Below the pieces are notes generated by a model that was given only the letters and a program-made list of their open reading frames with translations, was not told the origin of the DNA and did no database searches. DNA of 32,000 nucleotides, from contig NZ_AP024987.1 of the NCBI RefSeq assembly GCF_020885515.1, positions 930,001-962,000 of the forward strand. The letters run 5' to 3'. Positions within the stretch are counted from its first letter, which is position 1; every line of letters begins with the position of its first letter. The position numbers and the translations under genes are program-made. Positions 9,582-20,911 of the stretch are shown here, piece by piece. This DNA comes from a cyanobacterium endosymbiont of Braarudosphaera bigelowii. GTDB lineage: Bacteria > Cyanobacteriota > Cyanobacteriia > Cyanobacteriales > Microcystaceae.

Positions 9582-10700
9582 ATGCGAATTGCTTTATTCA
9601 CAGAAACTTTCTTACCTAAAATTGATGGTATTGTTACACGTTTATGTCAAACGATTGACTATCTACAACGTTCTGGCGATCAAGTCATGGTATTTTCTCC
9701 TAATGGAGGAATAGAAGAATATAAGGGAGCAGAAATTTATGGAGCTAACGGTATTCCATTACCTCTTTATCCTGAATTGAAATTAGCTTTTCCTACTCCT
9801 ACTATTGGCAAAAAGTTAGAAATATTCAAACCAGATTTAATACATGTAGTAAATCCGGCCTTTCTTGGATTAGGAGGAATCTATTTTTCTAAATCTAAAA
9901 ATATTCCCTTAGTTGCCTCGTATCATACCCATTTACCTCAATATCTAAAACATTATGGTTTGGGTTCATTAGAAGGATTATTGTGGAAATTTTTAAAGTT
10001 AGCTCATAATCAGGCACAGCTAAATTTATGCACTTCGACGGCAATGGTGAAAGCACTAGAAAATCAAGGTATTCAAAGGGTGAAACTATGGCAAAAAGGT
10101 GTAGATACAGAAATGTTCCAGCCCGGATTAGCATCTAATAAAATGCGTTCATATCTATCAGAAGGACATCCTAATGATTCTTTATTACTTTATGTGGGAA
10201 GGGTTTCATCTGAAAAACAAATTGATAAAATAAAACCTATTTTAGAAGCAATACCGAATACTCGCTTAGCGATTGTTGGTAATGGCCCTAACAGAGAAGC
10301 ATTAAAAGTACATTTCTCTGGTACTAAAACTCATTTTGTTGGCTATCTTCAAGGATTAGAGCTAGTATCGGCTTTTGCTTCTGCAGATGCTTTTATTTTC
10401 CCTTCTAGTACTGAAACACTGGGACTAGTTTTGTTAGAATCCATGGCTGCAGGGTGTCCTGTCATAGCAGCTAATTCTGGAGGAATTCCTGATATTGTGA
10501 CTGACAAAATTAATGGTTACTTATTTGATCCTGATGATCCAAATGGAGCAATTGTTGCAACTAAACGTTTATTAGAAAATAAAACTGAGAGAGAACAGGT
10601 ACAAAAAAATGCTCGTAAAGAAGCAGAGAAGTGGGCATGGCCTATGGCTACTAATCAATTAAGAAATTACTATAAGACTGTAATTAATTCAAAATTGTGA
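9582..10700 (+). CDS. sqdX: Glycosyltransferase family 4, sulfoquinovosyldiacylglycerol (sulfolipid) synthase SqdX-like; ORF track start at GTG 9558, likely true ATG at 9582
   Basis: MRIALFTETFLPKIDGIVTRLCQTIDYLQRSGDQVMVFSP, KLAFPTP, SYHTHLPQYLKHYG, FPSSTETLGLVLLESMAAGCPVIAA (GT4 motif). Confidence 0.85.
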   Translation: MRIALFTETFLPKIDGIVTRLCQTIDYLQRSGDQVMVFSPNGGIEEYKGAEIYGANGIPLPLYPELKLAFPTPTIGKKLEIFKPDLIHVVNPAFLGLGGIYFSKSKNIPLVASYHTHLPQYLKHYGLGSLEGLLWKFLKLAHNQAQLNLCTSTAMVKALENQGIQRVKLWQKGVDTEMFQPGLASNKMRSYLSEGHPNDSLLLYVGRVSSEKQIDKIKPILEAIPNTRLAIVGNGPNREALKVHFSGTKTHFVGYLQGLELVSAFASADAFIFPSSTETLGLVLLESMAAGCPVIAANSGGIPDIVTDKINGYLFDPDDPNGAIVATKRLLENKTEREQVQKNARKEAEKWAWPMATNQLRNYYKTVINSKL

Positions 10701-11039
10701 ATTTTTGATTACTTTGCTTTCAAAGCAATAAGAATTTGACTTTTTCTATACCAAAAAATTATAAATTGTATTTTATATTTATAACTATAATTTACTGTCC
10801 TGATTAATAAACTCAGATGATATATAACATTCTCTAACAACTTAATATTAGCTGTTTTAGCTAAAAAGTGAATATTGAACTGAGATGGCCAATGTTTAAC
10901 TATTGTTAATTTTAAGCCTAAACAATTAGTATCTTAGGCTTAGGAAATATATATTGAGAGTACCTTATTCTTTCATGTAGAGTATATTTTAGGAATAAAC
11001 AACCTGTTTACTAGTTTAAAAACTTAAATTTTATAGATC

Positions 11040-11525
11040 ATGGTAGATATTCGAATTGGCAATGGATATGATATTCACCGCCTTGTCTTAGGAAGACCTT
11101 TAATTTTAGGAGGTGTTCAAATTCCTCATAAATTTGGTTTACTAGGTCATAGTGATGCAGATGTCTTAACTCATTCTATTATGGACGCAATGCTAGGAGC
11201 ATTAAGTTTAGGAGATATTGGTCACTATTTTCCACCTTCTGATTCTCAATGGGCAAATGCCAATAGTTTGGTATTATTGAAACAAGTAGATCAGCTGGTT
11301 AAATCAGAAGGATGGTATGTTGGAAATATAGATTCAACGATTATTGCTGAAAAACCTAAAATAAAACCTCATATTCAAGTTATTAAGGAAAGACTTTCTC
11401 AAACTTTAAATATTTGTGAAAATGAAATATCTATCAAGGCAACTACTAATGAGAGGTTAGGACCAGTAGGAAGAGAAAAAGGAATATCTTCTTATGCGGT
11501 AATCTTATTATTTAAAGGCTTATAG
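11040..11525 (+). CDS. ispF: 2-C-methyl-D-erythritol 2,4-cyclodiphosphate synthase
   Basis: [51 protein letters not shown] is diagnostic. Confidence 0.97.
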   Translation: MVDIRIGNGYDIHRLVLGRPLILGGVQIPHKFGLLGHSDADVLTHSIMDAMLGALSLGDIGHYFPPSDSQWANANSLVLLKQVDQLVKSEGWYVGNIDSTIIAEKPKIKPHIQVIKERLSQTLNICENEISIKATTNERLGPVGREKGISSYAVILLFKGL

Positions 11526-11611
11526 AATTAATCATTAAAAATAATAATGACTGAAACTTGATATCTATTCTTTGTAATTGTTATTATATCAAGAGATTTA
11601 TTGAGCTGTTC

Positions 11612-14233
11612 ATGCAACCAACTGATTCTGCAAAATTTACCGAACAAGCTTGGGATGCCATTGTAAAATCGCAAGAAGTAGCCCGACGTTTCCAAAATCA
11701 AAACCTAGAAGTAGAACATTTGATGCTTTCACTTCTCGAGCAAGAAAAGGGGTTAACTTTACAAATACTGGAACAATTAGAAATCAATAAAATTGAATTT
11801 GTTCAATATGTAGAAACTTTTACAGATAAACAACCCAAGTTAATTGCTGTTGATCAGCTATATCTGGGAAGAAATTTAGATTTGTTGCTAGATAAAGCTA
11901 ATGTTTTATGCACACAATGGAATGATAAATATATTACAGTTCAACATCTTTTGATTAGCTTCACTGAAGATAAGAGACTTGGAAAACACTTCTTGAAAAG
12001 TTTTCAGTTAGAAAGAAAAGATGTAGAAAAAGCAGTCAAGATAGTGAAAGAGATTCAGAAAATTACCCAAAATGATCAAGGGATAGCTTACGAAGCTTTA
12101 AAAAAATTTGGACGAGACCTTACTGAACAAGCTAAGCAAGGTAAGCTAGATCCAGTTATTGGAAGAGATGAAGAGATACGTCGTCTGATCCAAATTTTAT
12201 CTCGTCGCTCTAAAAATAATCCTGTTTTAATTGGAGAACCTGGTGTTGGCAAAACTGCTATAGCTGAGGGGTTAGCACAACGTATTATTAATGGTGACGT
12301 TCCTGACTCTCTTAAAAATCGTCAATTAATATCTCTAGATATGGGAAGTTTAGTTGCTGGTGCAAAATATAGGGGAGAATTTGAAGAACGTTTACATAAA
12401 GTTATGCGGGAAGTTACAAATTCTAATGGACAAATTGTATTATTTATTGATGAAGTCCACACTGTTGTAGGAGCGGGATCACGAGAAGGAAGCTCTATGG
12501 ATGCAGGTAATCTCTTAAAGCCTATGCTAGCAAGAGGAGAACTACGTTGTATTGGTGCAAGTACATTAGATGAGTATCGTAAACATATCGAAAAAGATCC
12601 AGCATTAGAAAGACGTTTTCAACAAGTATATGTGAATCAGCCTAGTGTGGAAGATACTATATCTATTTTACGAGGGCTTAAAGAACGTTATGAAGTTCAC
12701 CATGGAGTTAAAATTACAGATGCTGCCTTAGTGGCTGCGTCTAAGCTCTCTGATAGGTATATCACTGGAAGATTCTTGCCTGACAAAGCGATTGATCTTG
12801 TTGATGAAGCTGCAGCAAAACTAAAAATGGAAATTACGTCTAAACCAGTTGAATTAGAAGATATTGACCGCCGTTTAATGCAATTACAAATGGAAAAACT
12901 TTCTTTACAAAGTGAAGAGAAAAGAGCAACTTTGAAAGTAGACTCAGTTTCCCAAAAAAGTTTAGAAAGAATTGAAAGAGAAATTAAAGATTTAGAAAAT
13001 ATTCATAAGAGATTAGATGACCAGTGGAGATTAGAAAAACAAATGCTAGAAGAAATTAATACTTTGAAAGAAGAAGAAGAGCAGTTAAGAGTTCAAGTAG
13101 AACAGGCAGAAAGAGCATATGATTTAAATAAGGCAGCTCAACTTAAATATGGTAGGCTTGAAGGCCTACAAAATGATTTAAAAGAGAAAGAGACAAAATT
13201 AATTAATATTCAATCTCAAAGCGAAACCTTTTTTCGAGAACAAGTAACTGAATCTGATATTGCGGAAATAGTAGCTGGATGGTCTGGAATTCCAACTAAT
13301 CGTTTGCTAGGTTCAGAAAGAAAAAAGTTACTTGAATTGGAAGGTTATTTACATAAACAAATTATTGGCCAAGAAGAAGCAGTTGCGGCTGTTGCGGCTG
13401 CAATTCGTAGAGCTAGAGCTGGAATTAAGGACCCTTCTCGTCCTATTGGCTCTTTTCTCTTTATGGGACCTACTGGAGTAGGTAAAACTGAATTGGCTCG
13501 TGCAATTGCTGCATTTCTTTTTGATTCTCAAGATGCAATGATTCGTATTGATATGTCAGAATATATGGAAAAACATACTGTTTCTAAGCTAATTGGTGCT
13601 CCTCCTGGTTATATAGGCTATGACCAGGGTGGTCAGCTTTCAGAAGCAGTACGTCGTAGGCCTTATTCAGTAATTTTATTAGATGAAATAGAGAAAGCTC
13701 ATGTTGATGTTTTTAACATTCTTTTACAAATTCTTGATGATGGTCGTGTAACTGATTCTCAAGGACGTATAGTAGATTTTTGTAATACTATTATTATTAT
13801 GACTAGCAATATTGGAAGTGAATACATTTTAGATATAGTAGGAAATAATAATAGCTATGAGGTAATGAGAAAAGAAGTCCTAATGTCACTGAGCAAACAC
13901 TTTAGACCAGAATTTTTAAATCGTATTGATGATTTAATAATATTTCATGCACTTCAAAAAGAACATTTGAGACGTATCGTGACACTACAAATTAAACGTA
14001 TAGAACGTTTACTAGAAGAACAAAACATTTGTTTACAATTAAGTGGTGCAGCCCTTGACCATATTGTAGATACTGGATACGATCCAGTATATGGGGTAAG
14101 ACCTTTAAAGAGAGCAATCCAACGGGAGTTAGAAAATCCAGTAGCTACAAAAATTCTAGATATGACTTTTACTTCTGGTGATGTTATTTTAGTTGATTTA
14201 GAATCTAATAAGCTATTTTTTCGTAAAAAGTGA
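11612..14233 (+). CDS. clpB: ATP-dependent disaggregase ClpB; ORF extends to 11558 but [16 protein letters not shown] at 11612 is the likely start
   Basis: Two AAA+ modules ([18 protein letters not shown]; [20 protein letters not shown]), middle coiled coil, C-terminal [22 protein letters not shown]. Confidence 0.97.
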   Translation: MQPTDSAKFTEQAWDAIVKSQEVARRFQNQNLEVEHLMLSLLEQEKGLTLQILEQLEINKIEFVQYVETFTDKQPKLIAVDQLYLGRNLDLLLDKANVLCTQWNDKYITVQHLLISFTEDKRLGKHFLKSFQLERKDVEKAVKIVKEIQKITQNDQGIAYEALKKFGRDLTEQAKQGKLDPVIGRDEEIRRLIQILSRRSKNNPVLIGEPGVGKTAIAEGLAQRIINGDVPDSLKNRQLISLDMGSLVAGAKYRGEFEERLHKVMREVTNSNGQIVLFIDEVHTVVGAGSREGSSMDAGNLLKPMLARGELRCIGASTLDEYRKHIEKDPALERRFQQVYVNQPSVEDTISILRGLKERYEVHHGVKITDAALVAASKLSDRYITGRFLPDKAIDLVDEAAAKLKMEITSKPVELEDIDRRLMQLQMEKLSLQSEEKRATLKVDSVSQKSLERIEREIKDLENIHKRLDDQWRLEKQMLEEINTLKEEEEQLRVQVEQAERAYDLNKAAQLKYGRLEGLQNDLKEKETKLINIQSQSETFFREQVTESDIAEIVAGWSGIPTNRLLGSERKKLLELEGYLHKQIIGQEEAVAAVAAAIRRARAGIKDPSRPIGSFLFMGPTGVGKTELARAIAAFLFDSQDAMIRIDMSEYMEKHTVSKLIGAPPGYIGYDQGGQLSEAVRRRPYSVILLDEIEKAHVDVFNILLQILDDGRVTDSQGRIVDFCNTIIIMTSNIGSEYILDIVGNNNSYEVMRKEVLMSLSKHFRPEFLNRIDDLIIFHALQKEHLRRIVTLQIKRIERLLEEQNICLQLSGAALDHIVDTGYDPVYGVRPLKRAIQRELENPVATKILDMTFTSGDVILVDLESNKLFFRKK

Positions 14234-14357
14234 ATAATTGTAAAACCTATTTATTTTATTGACCGCTTCTATTCAGGAATTTATAAGTAAAATAATAATA
14301 TATGAAAGAATGGCTAAGCTAATATGAATAACGAGAAAAAAAAAATCTGGTGAACTT

Positions 14358-14678
14358 ATGCGTACACCTCCTTGGGGTACTGTAACTATTTTAGAAGAAA
14401 GTATTCATTATCGTATTAATCGTATCGAGGTTAAGCCTGGTCAACATATCAGTACTCAAATGCACTATCATAGGAGCGAACATTGGATCGTAGTTTCTGG
14501 AACAGCTAAAGTTATTTTCAATGGGAAAGAACATCTTCTAAAACAAAAAGAATCAACTTATGTCCCTATGAACACTAGGCATCGTGTAGAAAATCCAGGT
14601 GTTATTCCTCTAGTAATGATTGAAGTACAAAATGGAGAATATTTAGGTGATGATGATATTATCCGTTTTTCTGACTGA
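14358..14678 (+). CDS. Small single-domain cupin, mannose-6-phosphate isomerase (type II)-like
   Basis: PWGTVTILEE...YRINRIEVKPGQHISTQMHYHRSEHWIVVSGTAKV...ESTYVPMNTRHRVENPGVIPLVMIEVQNGEYLGDDDI. Confidence 0.85.
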   Translation: MRTPPWGTVTILEESIHYRINRIEVKPGQHISTQMHYHRSEHWIVVSGTAKVIFNGKEHLLKQKESTYVPMNTRHRVENPGVIPLVMIEVQNGEYLGDDDIIRFSD

Positions 14679-14961
14679 CTAAGACTAAGTATTTATATTT
14701 ATAATAAATAACGATTTTTTCTAATTAATATTATTTATATTAAAAAATAAGTAATAGGCTTACATAAGTTATCTAATCTTTTATTTTTCTAAAACTAAGT
14801 ATTTCAGCAATTTTTTATTTCCTGCGTACTTAAGAATGTAACGTTTGATATTAAAACGAATTATAAGCAACTATGTATATTAATAGAGATGGATTTTTTT
14901 ATATAAATTTTTTATTGTATATTACCTTTCTAATTATTTGGAAATAAGACTTAACATCATA

Positions 14962-16677
14962 ATGAAAAAATTATCTCTACTTAATTTTCGATTACTTATG
15001 GTCTGGACAATTATTGTTTCGGCCATACTTGGATTAATTGGAAAAATTTTCTTGTTACAGTTTGTTAAAGTCACTGAATTTAGAAGAAAAGCAGACAGTC
15101 AACAAAATGAAGAAATACGTATTGATAACCCTAGACGACCCATTATAGATAGTGAAGGTAATATATTAGCTATGGATATAGAAAAATTCGACCTATTTAT
15201 TTACCGTGATCGGCTACCAAAAGATGAAGATAAAGAAAAAATAGCAAAACAACTTAGTCAGATACTAAATAAGAATTATTATGATTTAACAAAATTACTG
15301 TTAGATAAAAGAAATGTAAATAGGGTTGGATTAGACAAAATAACTACACATGAATATCAAAGAATCCTTAACAAGACTACAAAGAAGTATAGACAAGCTT
15401 TTGAATTTATTAAAAACTTTGATCGTTCCTATCCTCAGAAAGAACTAATGTCTGATGTAGTGGGTTTTGTTAACGATAATCAGCAAGGAAAAGCAGGTAT
15501 CGAAATGAGCCAAAATAATTTATTACACCGACAAACTAAATATGTAACAGTACGGAAAACTGGTTCAGGAGGCATCATACCAACTTCTCTTCCTAGAAAC
15601 TTTTTCAGATCAAATGATTGGAAATTACAATTAACAGTTAATATACGATTACAAAGAGCTGCACGTTTTGCTTTAAAAGAAAAATTAAATACTTTTCAAG
15701 CAAAACGCGGTGCAATAATTATTATGAATGTAATAGATGGTTCTATATTAGCTTTAGTTTGTGAACCAACATTCGATCCTAATGTTTTTTATAATGTTAA
15801 AGGTGAGCTATTAAAAAATTGGACGGTTACTGATCTTTATGAACCAGGCTCAACATTTAAGCCTATCAATATTGCTTTAGCTTTAGAAGCTGGAGTAATA
15901 AAATTAGATACTGTAATCCAAGATATAGGTTTTATAAAAGTTGATAATTGGAATATCTATAATGCTTCATTATCAGGAAATGGATTAATTAATATTGCTG
16001 AAGTTTTACAAACTTCGAGTAATGTAGCTATGGTTCAAATAATGCAACGCTTAAAAAAAGAAGATTACTATAATAGATTACTACAACTAGATATTACTCA
16101 AAAAACAAATATTGACCTACCTGGAGAGGTAAAAGGACGATTAAAAAGTAAAGAAGTATTTACTACAAGTTCTATAGAGGCAGCTGCAACTTCTTTTGGA
16201 CAAGGCTTTTCTTTAACTCCTATTAAGTTGGCACAATTACACGGAGCATTGGCTAATGGAGGAAAATTAGTTACTCCTCATTTAACAAAAGGATTAGTAA
16301 ATCCTGAAGGATCCTTAGCCTGGATACCAGAATATAAGTCTAAACAAATTTTTTCTCCTTCTGTAAGCACAAAAGTCATAGGACTTATGGAAACTGTAGT
16401 TAATAAAGGATCAGGAAAAGCATCTAAAATACAAGGATATCGTATTGGAGGTAAAACGGGCACAGCCCAGAAAGCTGGTAAGGGGGGATATTTACCTAAT
16501 TCGAAAATCACTAGTTTTGTTTCAATTCTACCTATAACATCTCCAAAATATTTAGTCTTGGTAGTTTTAGATGAACCAAAAGGGAATAATACTTCTGGGT
16601 CTACAGTAGCAGCACCTGCTGCAAAAATAGTAACTGATGCTTTGATATATATAGAAGGTATGCCACCAACAAATTAA
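14962..16677 (+). CDS. ftsI: Penicillin-binding protein, FtsI/PBP2-type peptidoglycan transpeptidase (ORF track start at 14938; ATG at 14962 more likely)
   Basis: PBP dimerisation-type N-terminus RRPIIDSEGNILA, catalytic GSTFKPIN (SxxK), SSNV (SxN), GGKTGTAQK (KTG). Confidence 0.9.
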   Translation: MKKLSLLNFRLLMVWTIIVSAILGLIGKIFLLQFVKVTEFRRKADSQQNEEIRIDNPRRPIIDSEGNILAMDIEKFDLFIYRDRLPKDEDKEKIAKQLSQILNKNYYDLTKLLLDKRNVNRVGLDKITTHEYQRILNKTTKKYRQAFEFIKNFDRSYPQKELMSDVVGFVNDNQQGKAGIEMSQNNLLHRQTKYVTVRKTGSGGIIPTSLPRNFFRSNDWKLQLTVNIRLQRAARFALKEKLNTFQAKRGAIIIMNVIDGSILALVCEPTFDPNVFYNVKGELLKNWTVTDLYEPGSTFKPINIALALEAGVIKLDTVIQDIGFIKVDNWNIYNASLSGNGLINIAEVLQTSSNVAMVQIMQRLKKEDYYNRLLQLDITQKTNIDLPGEVKGRLKSKEVFTTSSIEAAATSFGQGFSLTPIKLAQLHGALANGGKLVTPHLTKGLVNPEGSLAWIPEYKSKQIFSPSVSTKVIGLMETVVNKGSGKASKIQGYRIGGKTGTAQKAGKGGYLPNSKITSFVSILPITSPKYLVLVVLDEPKGNNTSGSTVAAPAAKIVTDALIYIEGMPPTN

Positions 16678-16772
16678 AGTCCTAATAGGCACTATACATA
16701 TAGTACAAAGCTAAAGAACAATCTTACTATGAATTAATAACTAAGTTTAAAAGATTAATGTATGTACCATAT

Positions 16773-16813
16773 GGTTATGTTCAAAATTTATAAAAAATAC
16801 TTTGAACATAACC
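16773..16813. terminator. 13-bp-arm inverted repeat between convergent ftsI and ndhD; putative bidirectional terminator
   Basis: GGTTATGTTCAAA (16773-16785) / TTTGAACATAACC (16801-16813). Confidence 0.45.
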
Positions 16814-16827
16814 TATTGATAAAGTGT

Positions 16828-18411
16828 TTAAATATTTGGTGCTCTAAATATTTTGCTATGAATAGCTGCAACATTAGTTTTTTCAGCCAATGTTGGAGCA
16901 GAATTACGCAACAAAGTATTTAACTGATCAGTTGTAGCACTATACATTTGAGTAACAATTTTAGGATATAAACCAATACCAATTATAGGAATTAATAAAC
17001 ATGCAATAATAAATACTTCTCTTGGCTCTGCATCAATAAGCTTTACATGAAATGTTAAATCCTTATTTTCTGGTCCGTATAGTATTTCTTTAAGCATAGA
17101 AAGTAAATATACAGGGGTTAGAATAACTCCTACTGCTGCCAAAGTAATAACAACTATTTTGAAAATGGAATTATAGGCATCACTAGTAGCGAATCCAATA
17201 AATATCATTAACTCTGCTGCAAAGCCACTCATCCCTGGCAAAGCTAAGGAAGCCATTGAACAGGTAGTCCACATTGCAAACATTTTTTTCATCTTATGAC
17301 CAATTCCACCCATTTCATCAAGCATAAGAGTATGAGTTCTATCATAGGTGGCGCCAACCATAAAGAATAAGCTTGCACCAATTAATCCATGAGAAATCAT
17401 TTGTAGCATTGCTCCACTAAGACCTATAGATGTATATGAAGCAATTCCTATTAAAACAAAACCCATATGAGAAATAGAAGAATAAGCAATTTTTCTTTTT
17501 AAATTTTGCTGAGCGAAAGCTGTTAATGCTGCATAAATAATATTCACTACTCCTAAAATAATTAATATAGGAGCAAAATAAACATGTGCATCAGGTAACA
17601 TCCCTACATTCATTCTTAGAAGAGCATATCCTCCCATCTTTAACAAAATACCTGCTAATAGCATGTGGGCAGGAGCAGTTGCTTCTCCATGAGCATCAGG
17701 AAGCCAGGTATGAAGGGGAAAAATAGGTAATTTCACGCCATATGCGATAAGAAAACAACCATATAGTAATAGTTGTAGTTTCAAAGGGATATCTTTAGAT
17801 GCAATTATACTCATATCAAAAGTTACTGTATCACCAAAGAAAGCTAAGGTAAAAGCAGCTAAAAGAATAAATAACGATCCCCCTGCAGTATATAAAATAA
17901 ATTTAGTTGCAGCATAAAGACGCTTTTTGCCACCCCATATAGAGAGTATTAAGTAAACAGGTACTAACTCTAATTCCCAAACTAAGAAAAAAAGTAACAT
18001 ATCTTGCACGGCAAAAACTGCGATTTGTCCACCATACATAGATAACATTAAAAAATAAAAAAGTTTAGGCTTAAAAGTTACTGGCCATGCAGCCATAATT
18101 GCTAATGTTGTTATAAAACCAGTTAATAATATTAAAGGCATGGAAAGTCCATCAGCACCAACGGACCATTTTAGATCGATTTGAGAAATCCAAGTATAAC
18201 TCTCAACTAATTGAAGATTAGGATTATTGAAGTCATATCCTGTGTAAAAGGCGTAAACAATAAAAATAAAATCAATTAATCCTACTGTTAGTGCATACCA
18301 ACGTACAGTTTTACCGTTTTCATCAGGAATAAGTGGTATTAATAAAGCACTAATAATCGGAAAAAAAATAATGGTAGTTAACCATGGAAAATTAACAAGG
18401 TTCATATGCAT
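16828..18411 (-). CDS. ndhD: NAD(P)H-quinone oxidoreductase subunit 4 (NDH-1 chain D)
   Basis: 527-aa polytopic protein with [82 protein letters not shown]. Confidence 0.96.
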   Translation of the reverse strand: MHMNLVNFPWLTTIIFFPIISALLIPLIPDENGKTVRWYALTVGLIDFIFIVYAFYTGYDFNNPNLQLVESYTWISQIDLKWSVGADGLSMPLILLTGFITTLAIMAAWPVTFKPKLFYFLMLSMYGGQIAVFAVQDMLLFFLVWELELVPVYLILSIWGGKKRLYAATKFILYTAGGSLFILLAAFTLAFFGDTVTFDMSIIASKDIPLKLQLLLYGCFLIAYGVKLPIFPLHTWLPDAHGEATAPAHMLLAGILLKMGGYALLRMNVGMLPDAHVYFAPILIILGVVNIIYAALTAFAQQNLKRKIAYSSISHMGFVLIGIASYTSIGLSGAMLQMISHGLIGASLFFMVGATYDRTHTLMLDEMGGIGHKMKKMFAMWTTCSMASLALPGMSGFAAELMIFIGFATSDAYNSIFKIVVITLAAVGVILTPVYLLSMLKEILYGPENKDLTFHVKLIDAEPREVFIIACLLIPIIGIGLYPKIVTQMYSATTDQLNTLLRNSAPTLAEKTNVAAIHSKIFRAPNI

Positions 18412-18697
18412 TTTCTAAGCATTTATTAATATTTTGGTAATTCACAGAGACAAAAAAGTATTTATCTATTTGCAAATGTGTCAATAACCGTTAGTGTATG
18501 ATCATGGCAATCCTAAAGCTGTATTAAACACTGTGATATAAAGACTGCCATGTCACTAATAAATTTAACAATATTTTTCAATAGACGCTATAAATGTTAT
18601 TCTAAAAAATTTAAATTGATTAAGATTATAATTATCTTCAATATAATTTTGATCAGTTTAAATAGTTTTTTATATTTATTATTTTTATCAGTTAATT

Positions 18698-20032
18698 ATG
18701 ACTTCATCTTTAAATTATTCTGCTAGAGTAAGTAATATTTTACTTAGTTCTATCGCTGAGGAAGTGGGCTTTAAAGTAGGTGATACCATTATTTCTATTA
18801 ATGGAACAGCGCCTAGGGATTTAATTGATTATAATTTTTTATGTTCTGATGTTTTTTTGCTCTTGCAAGTATTAGACACTCAAGGAGTATCTTATCAAGT
18901 AGAAATTGAAAAAGATTATGATGAAGATTTAGGTTTAGAATTTGAAACAGCCTTATTTGATGGATTAATACAATGCAATAATCGTTGTCCTTTTTGTTTT
19001 ATTGATCAACAACCTTTAGGAAAAAGAGATAGCTTATATCTTAAGGATGATGATTACCGATTAAGTTTTCTTTATGGTAGTTATTTGACTTTGACTAATT
19101 TAACAAAAAAAGAATGGAAACGTATTGAGAATATGCGTTTATCTCCCCTTTTTGTTTCAGTTCACGCAATTGAGCCTGACATTAGAGTCAAACTTTTAAA
19201 AAATGAGAGAGCTGGAGAAATTAAAAGACAATTACAGTGGTTCCGAGATAAAAGATTACAAATTCATGCACAAATTGTAGTATGTCCTGGAATAAATGAT
19301 GGTATCCACTTGGAAAAAACTCTGCTTGGATTAGCTGAATTTCACTCAAAGGAAAATCCCACTGTGATATCTACTGCTGTAGTCCCTGTAGGTTTAACTC
19401 GCTTTCGTCCTAGAGAGAATGAGTTAATTCCTGTAGACGAAACCAAATCAAAGGAAGTTATCAGACAAGTTCAATTATTGCAAAAAAAATTTCTTTCTGA
19501 GCTAAATAGTCATTTTGTTTGGTTAGCAGATGAATGGTTTTTAATAGCAAAAAAAGAATTACCCCCTGAATTTCATTATGAAGACTATCCCCAAATTAGT
19601 AATGGAGTTGGATCTATTAGAAAATTTATCAAAGAGTTTTATTCAATATGTGAAAAAAGATTGCCAATAAAAATTGATAAAGAAAAAACTTTGATCTGGG
19701 TAGTAGGAAATGCGGTTGAGAAGGTTTTTCAGCCTCTAGTAAAAAAAATTAATCAAGTTGAGAACTTAACGGTTACGTTAGTTGCACTTAAAAGCGAATA
19801 TTGGGGACAAGAGATAACTGTAACAGGTTTACTTACCGGTAAAGATTTAATATCAGGATTACAAAATATATATTTAGGGGATGGAGTTTTAATACCTTCA
19901 GTCATGTTAAAAAACGATAATGATATTTTTTTAGATGATATAACGATTCAGGAAATATCATCAATTCTTAAAACCTCATTGATTCCTATAGATAATATTA
20001 CGAATTTCATTGAAATTTGCCTATCAGAATAG
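18698..20032 (+). CDS. DUF512 / cyanobacterial FeS-cluster protein with N-terminal PDZ-like region and radical-SAM-like Cx3Cx2C motif
   Basis: N-terminal GFKVGDTIISINGTAPRDLIDYNFLCS; IQCNNRCPFCFIDQQPLGKRDSLYLKDDDYRLSFLYGSYLTLTNLT; RFRPRENELIPVD. Confidence 0.85.
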   Translation: MTSSLNYSARVSNILLSSIAEEVGFKVGDTIISINGTAPRDLIDYNFLCSDVFLLLQVLDTQGVSYQVEIEKDYDEDLGLEFETALFDGLIQCNNRCPFCFIDQQPLGKRDSLYLKDDDYRLSFLYGSYLTLTNLTKKEWKRIENMRLSPLFVSVHAIEPDIRVKLLKNERAGEIKRQLQWFRDKRLQIHAQIVVCPGINDGIHLEKTLLGLAEFHSKENPTVISTAVVPVGLTRFRPRENELIPVDETKSKEVIRQVQLLQKKFLSELNSHFVWLADEWFLIAKKELPPEFHYEDYPQISNGVGSIRKFIKEFYSICEKRLPIKIDKEKTLIWVVGNAVEKVFQPLVKKINQVENLTVTLVALKSEYWGQEITVTGLLTGKDLISGLQNIYLGDGVLIPSVMLKNDNDIFLDDITIQEISSILKTSLIPIDNITNFIEICLSE

Positions 20033-20059
20033 GTTAAAAAATAACTTAAAGGGTAAAAC

Positions 20060-20569
20060 TTAATTAGGAATGTTTTTTGTTTTAGACTCAAGAAAAACTT
20101 TAACATTGGGAATATCAACTGGAGCAAGAAACAAAAGAGATGTATGAGGATTTGGTGGAGTTAAATTGGAGTGGGGTTTTTTAGCTTCTTCTGCTATCGT
20201 GTATTTTAAAGATTCACCAAAAGAAGCAAGTGGAATTTCGTACGTTTTTATATTTTTTAATTCAAAATATTTTTTGTTCCATTCAATTGTTTTATTTGCA
20301 GTACAGGCATATATCCCCAGCATAGTAGAAACTAATCCTACAGTTAATACTGTAAAACCTTTTTGAATAGACAGCAGAAATTGTAACTCTGAAGGAAATT
20401 GCTTGAAACTATTTTTTGTAGCAACACTATCAACTATTTGATTAACACCATAATCGTCAAATTCAATTTTTTCTTTAAAATTATAGTAATATCCAGATTT
20501 CAATTTTACTTCACTATTTGTAGAATTATTTGAAGCAGAATTTAGCGAATAATCATATTCAGTATTCAT
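20060..20569 (-). CDS. Conserved-looking single-TM hypothetical protein with FtsL-like topology
   Basis: 169 aa; about 70-aa hydrophilic N-terminus, one TM segment (FTVLTVGLVSTMLGIYACTA), short charged segment (NKTIEWNKKYFELKNIKTY...), Pro-rich tail. Confidence 0.65.
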   Translation of the reverse strand: MNTEYDYSLNSASNNSTNSEVKLKSGYYYNFKEKIEFDDYGVNQIVDSVATKNSFKQFPSELQFLLSIQKGFTVLTVGLVSTMLGIYACTANKTIEWNKKYFELKNIKTYEIPLASFGESLKYTIAEEAKKPHSNLTPPNPHTSLLFLAPVDIPNVKVFLESKTKNIPN

Positions 20570-20911
20570 ATTTTATGAATCTTAGTTGTTTTCTAGCTAG
20601 TCGATATTCTCTAGTTTTCTTGACTTTAGAGTTATTATTAATTGACGGTAAATATCAGGACTATGTTGCATTATAAAATTATTTATTTAAAGTCTTATGA
20701 ATATACTTGATAACAAGTTATTGTTGATTGTTAAAAAATTAATTTATGTCAGAGTAATTGATAACTTTTTTGTTCAATCTAGCTGTGATTGAATTTGTAG
20801 CCCATAGAATATTCTAGACTAATAAACCTGATAAAATCTATTTTATGTATCAGAGCTTTGTATTGTTTATATAATATAGGAACAAACCTTAAACTTTTGG
20901 ACGTATATTTT

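Noticed and set aside
9895-10134. 79-aa - strand ORF
   Set aside because: Antisense shadow of the sqdX-like gene.
11558-11611. N-terminal extension of ClpB (MISILCNCYYIKRFIELF)
   Set aside because: Not ClpB-like; the typical N-terminus starts at MQPTD.
13349-13531. 60-aa - strand ORF
   Set aside because: Antisense shadow of clpB, low-complexity Ser/Asn translation.
16278-16511. 77-aa - strand ORF
   Set aside because: Antisense to ftsI; no independent support.
20166-20366. 66-aa + strand ORF
   Set aside because: Antisense to the 20060-20569 gene.
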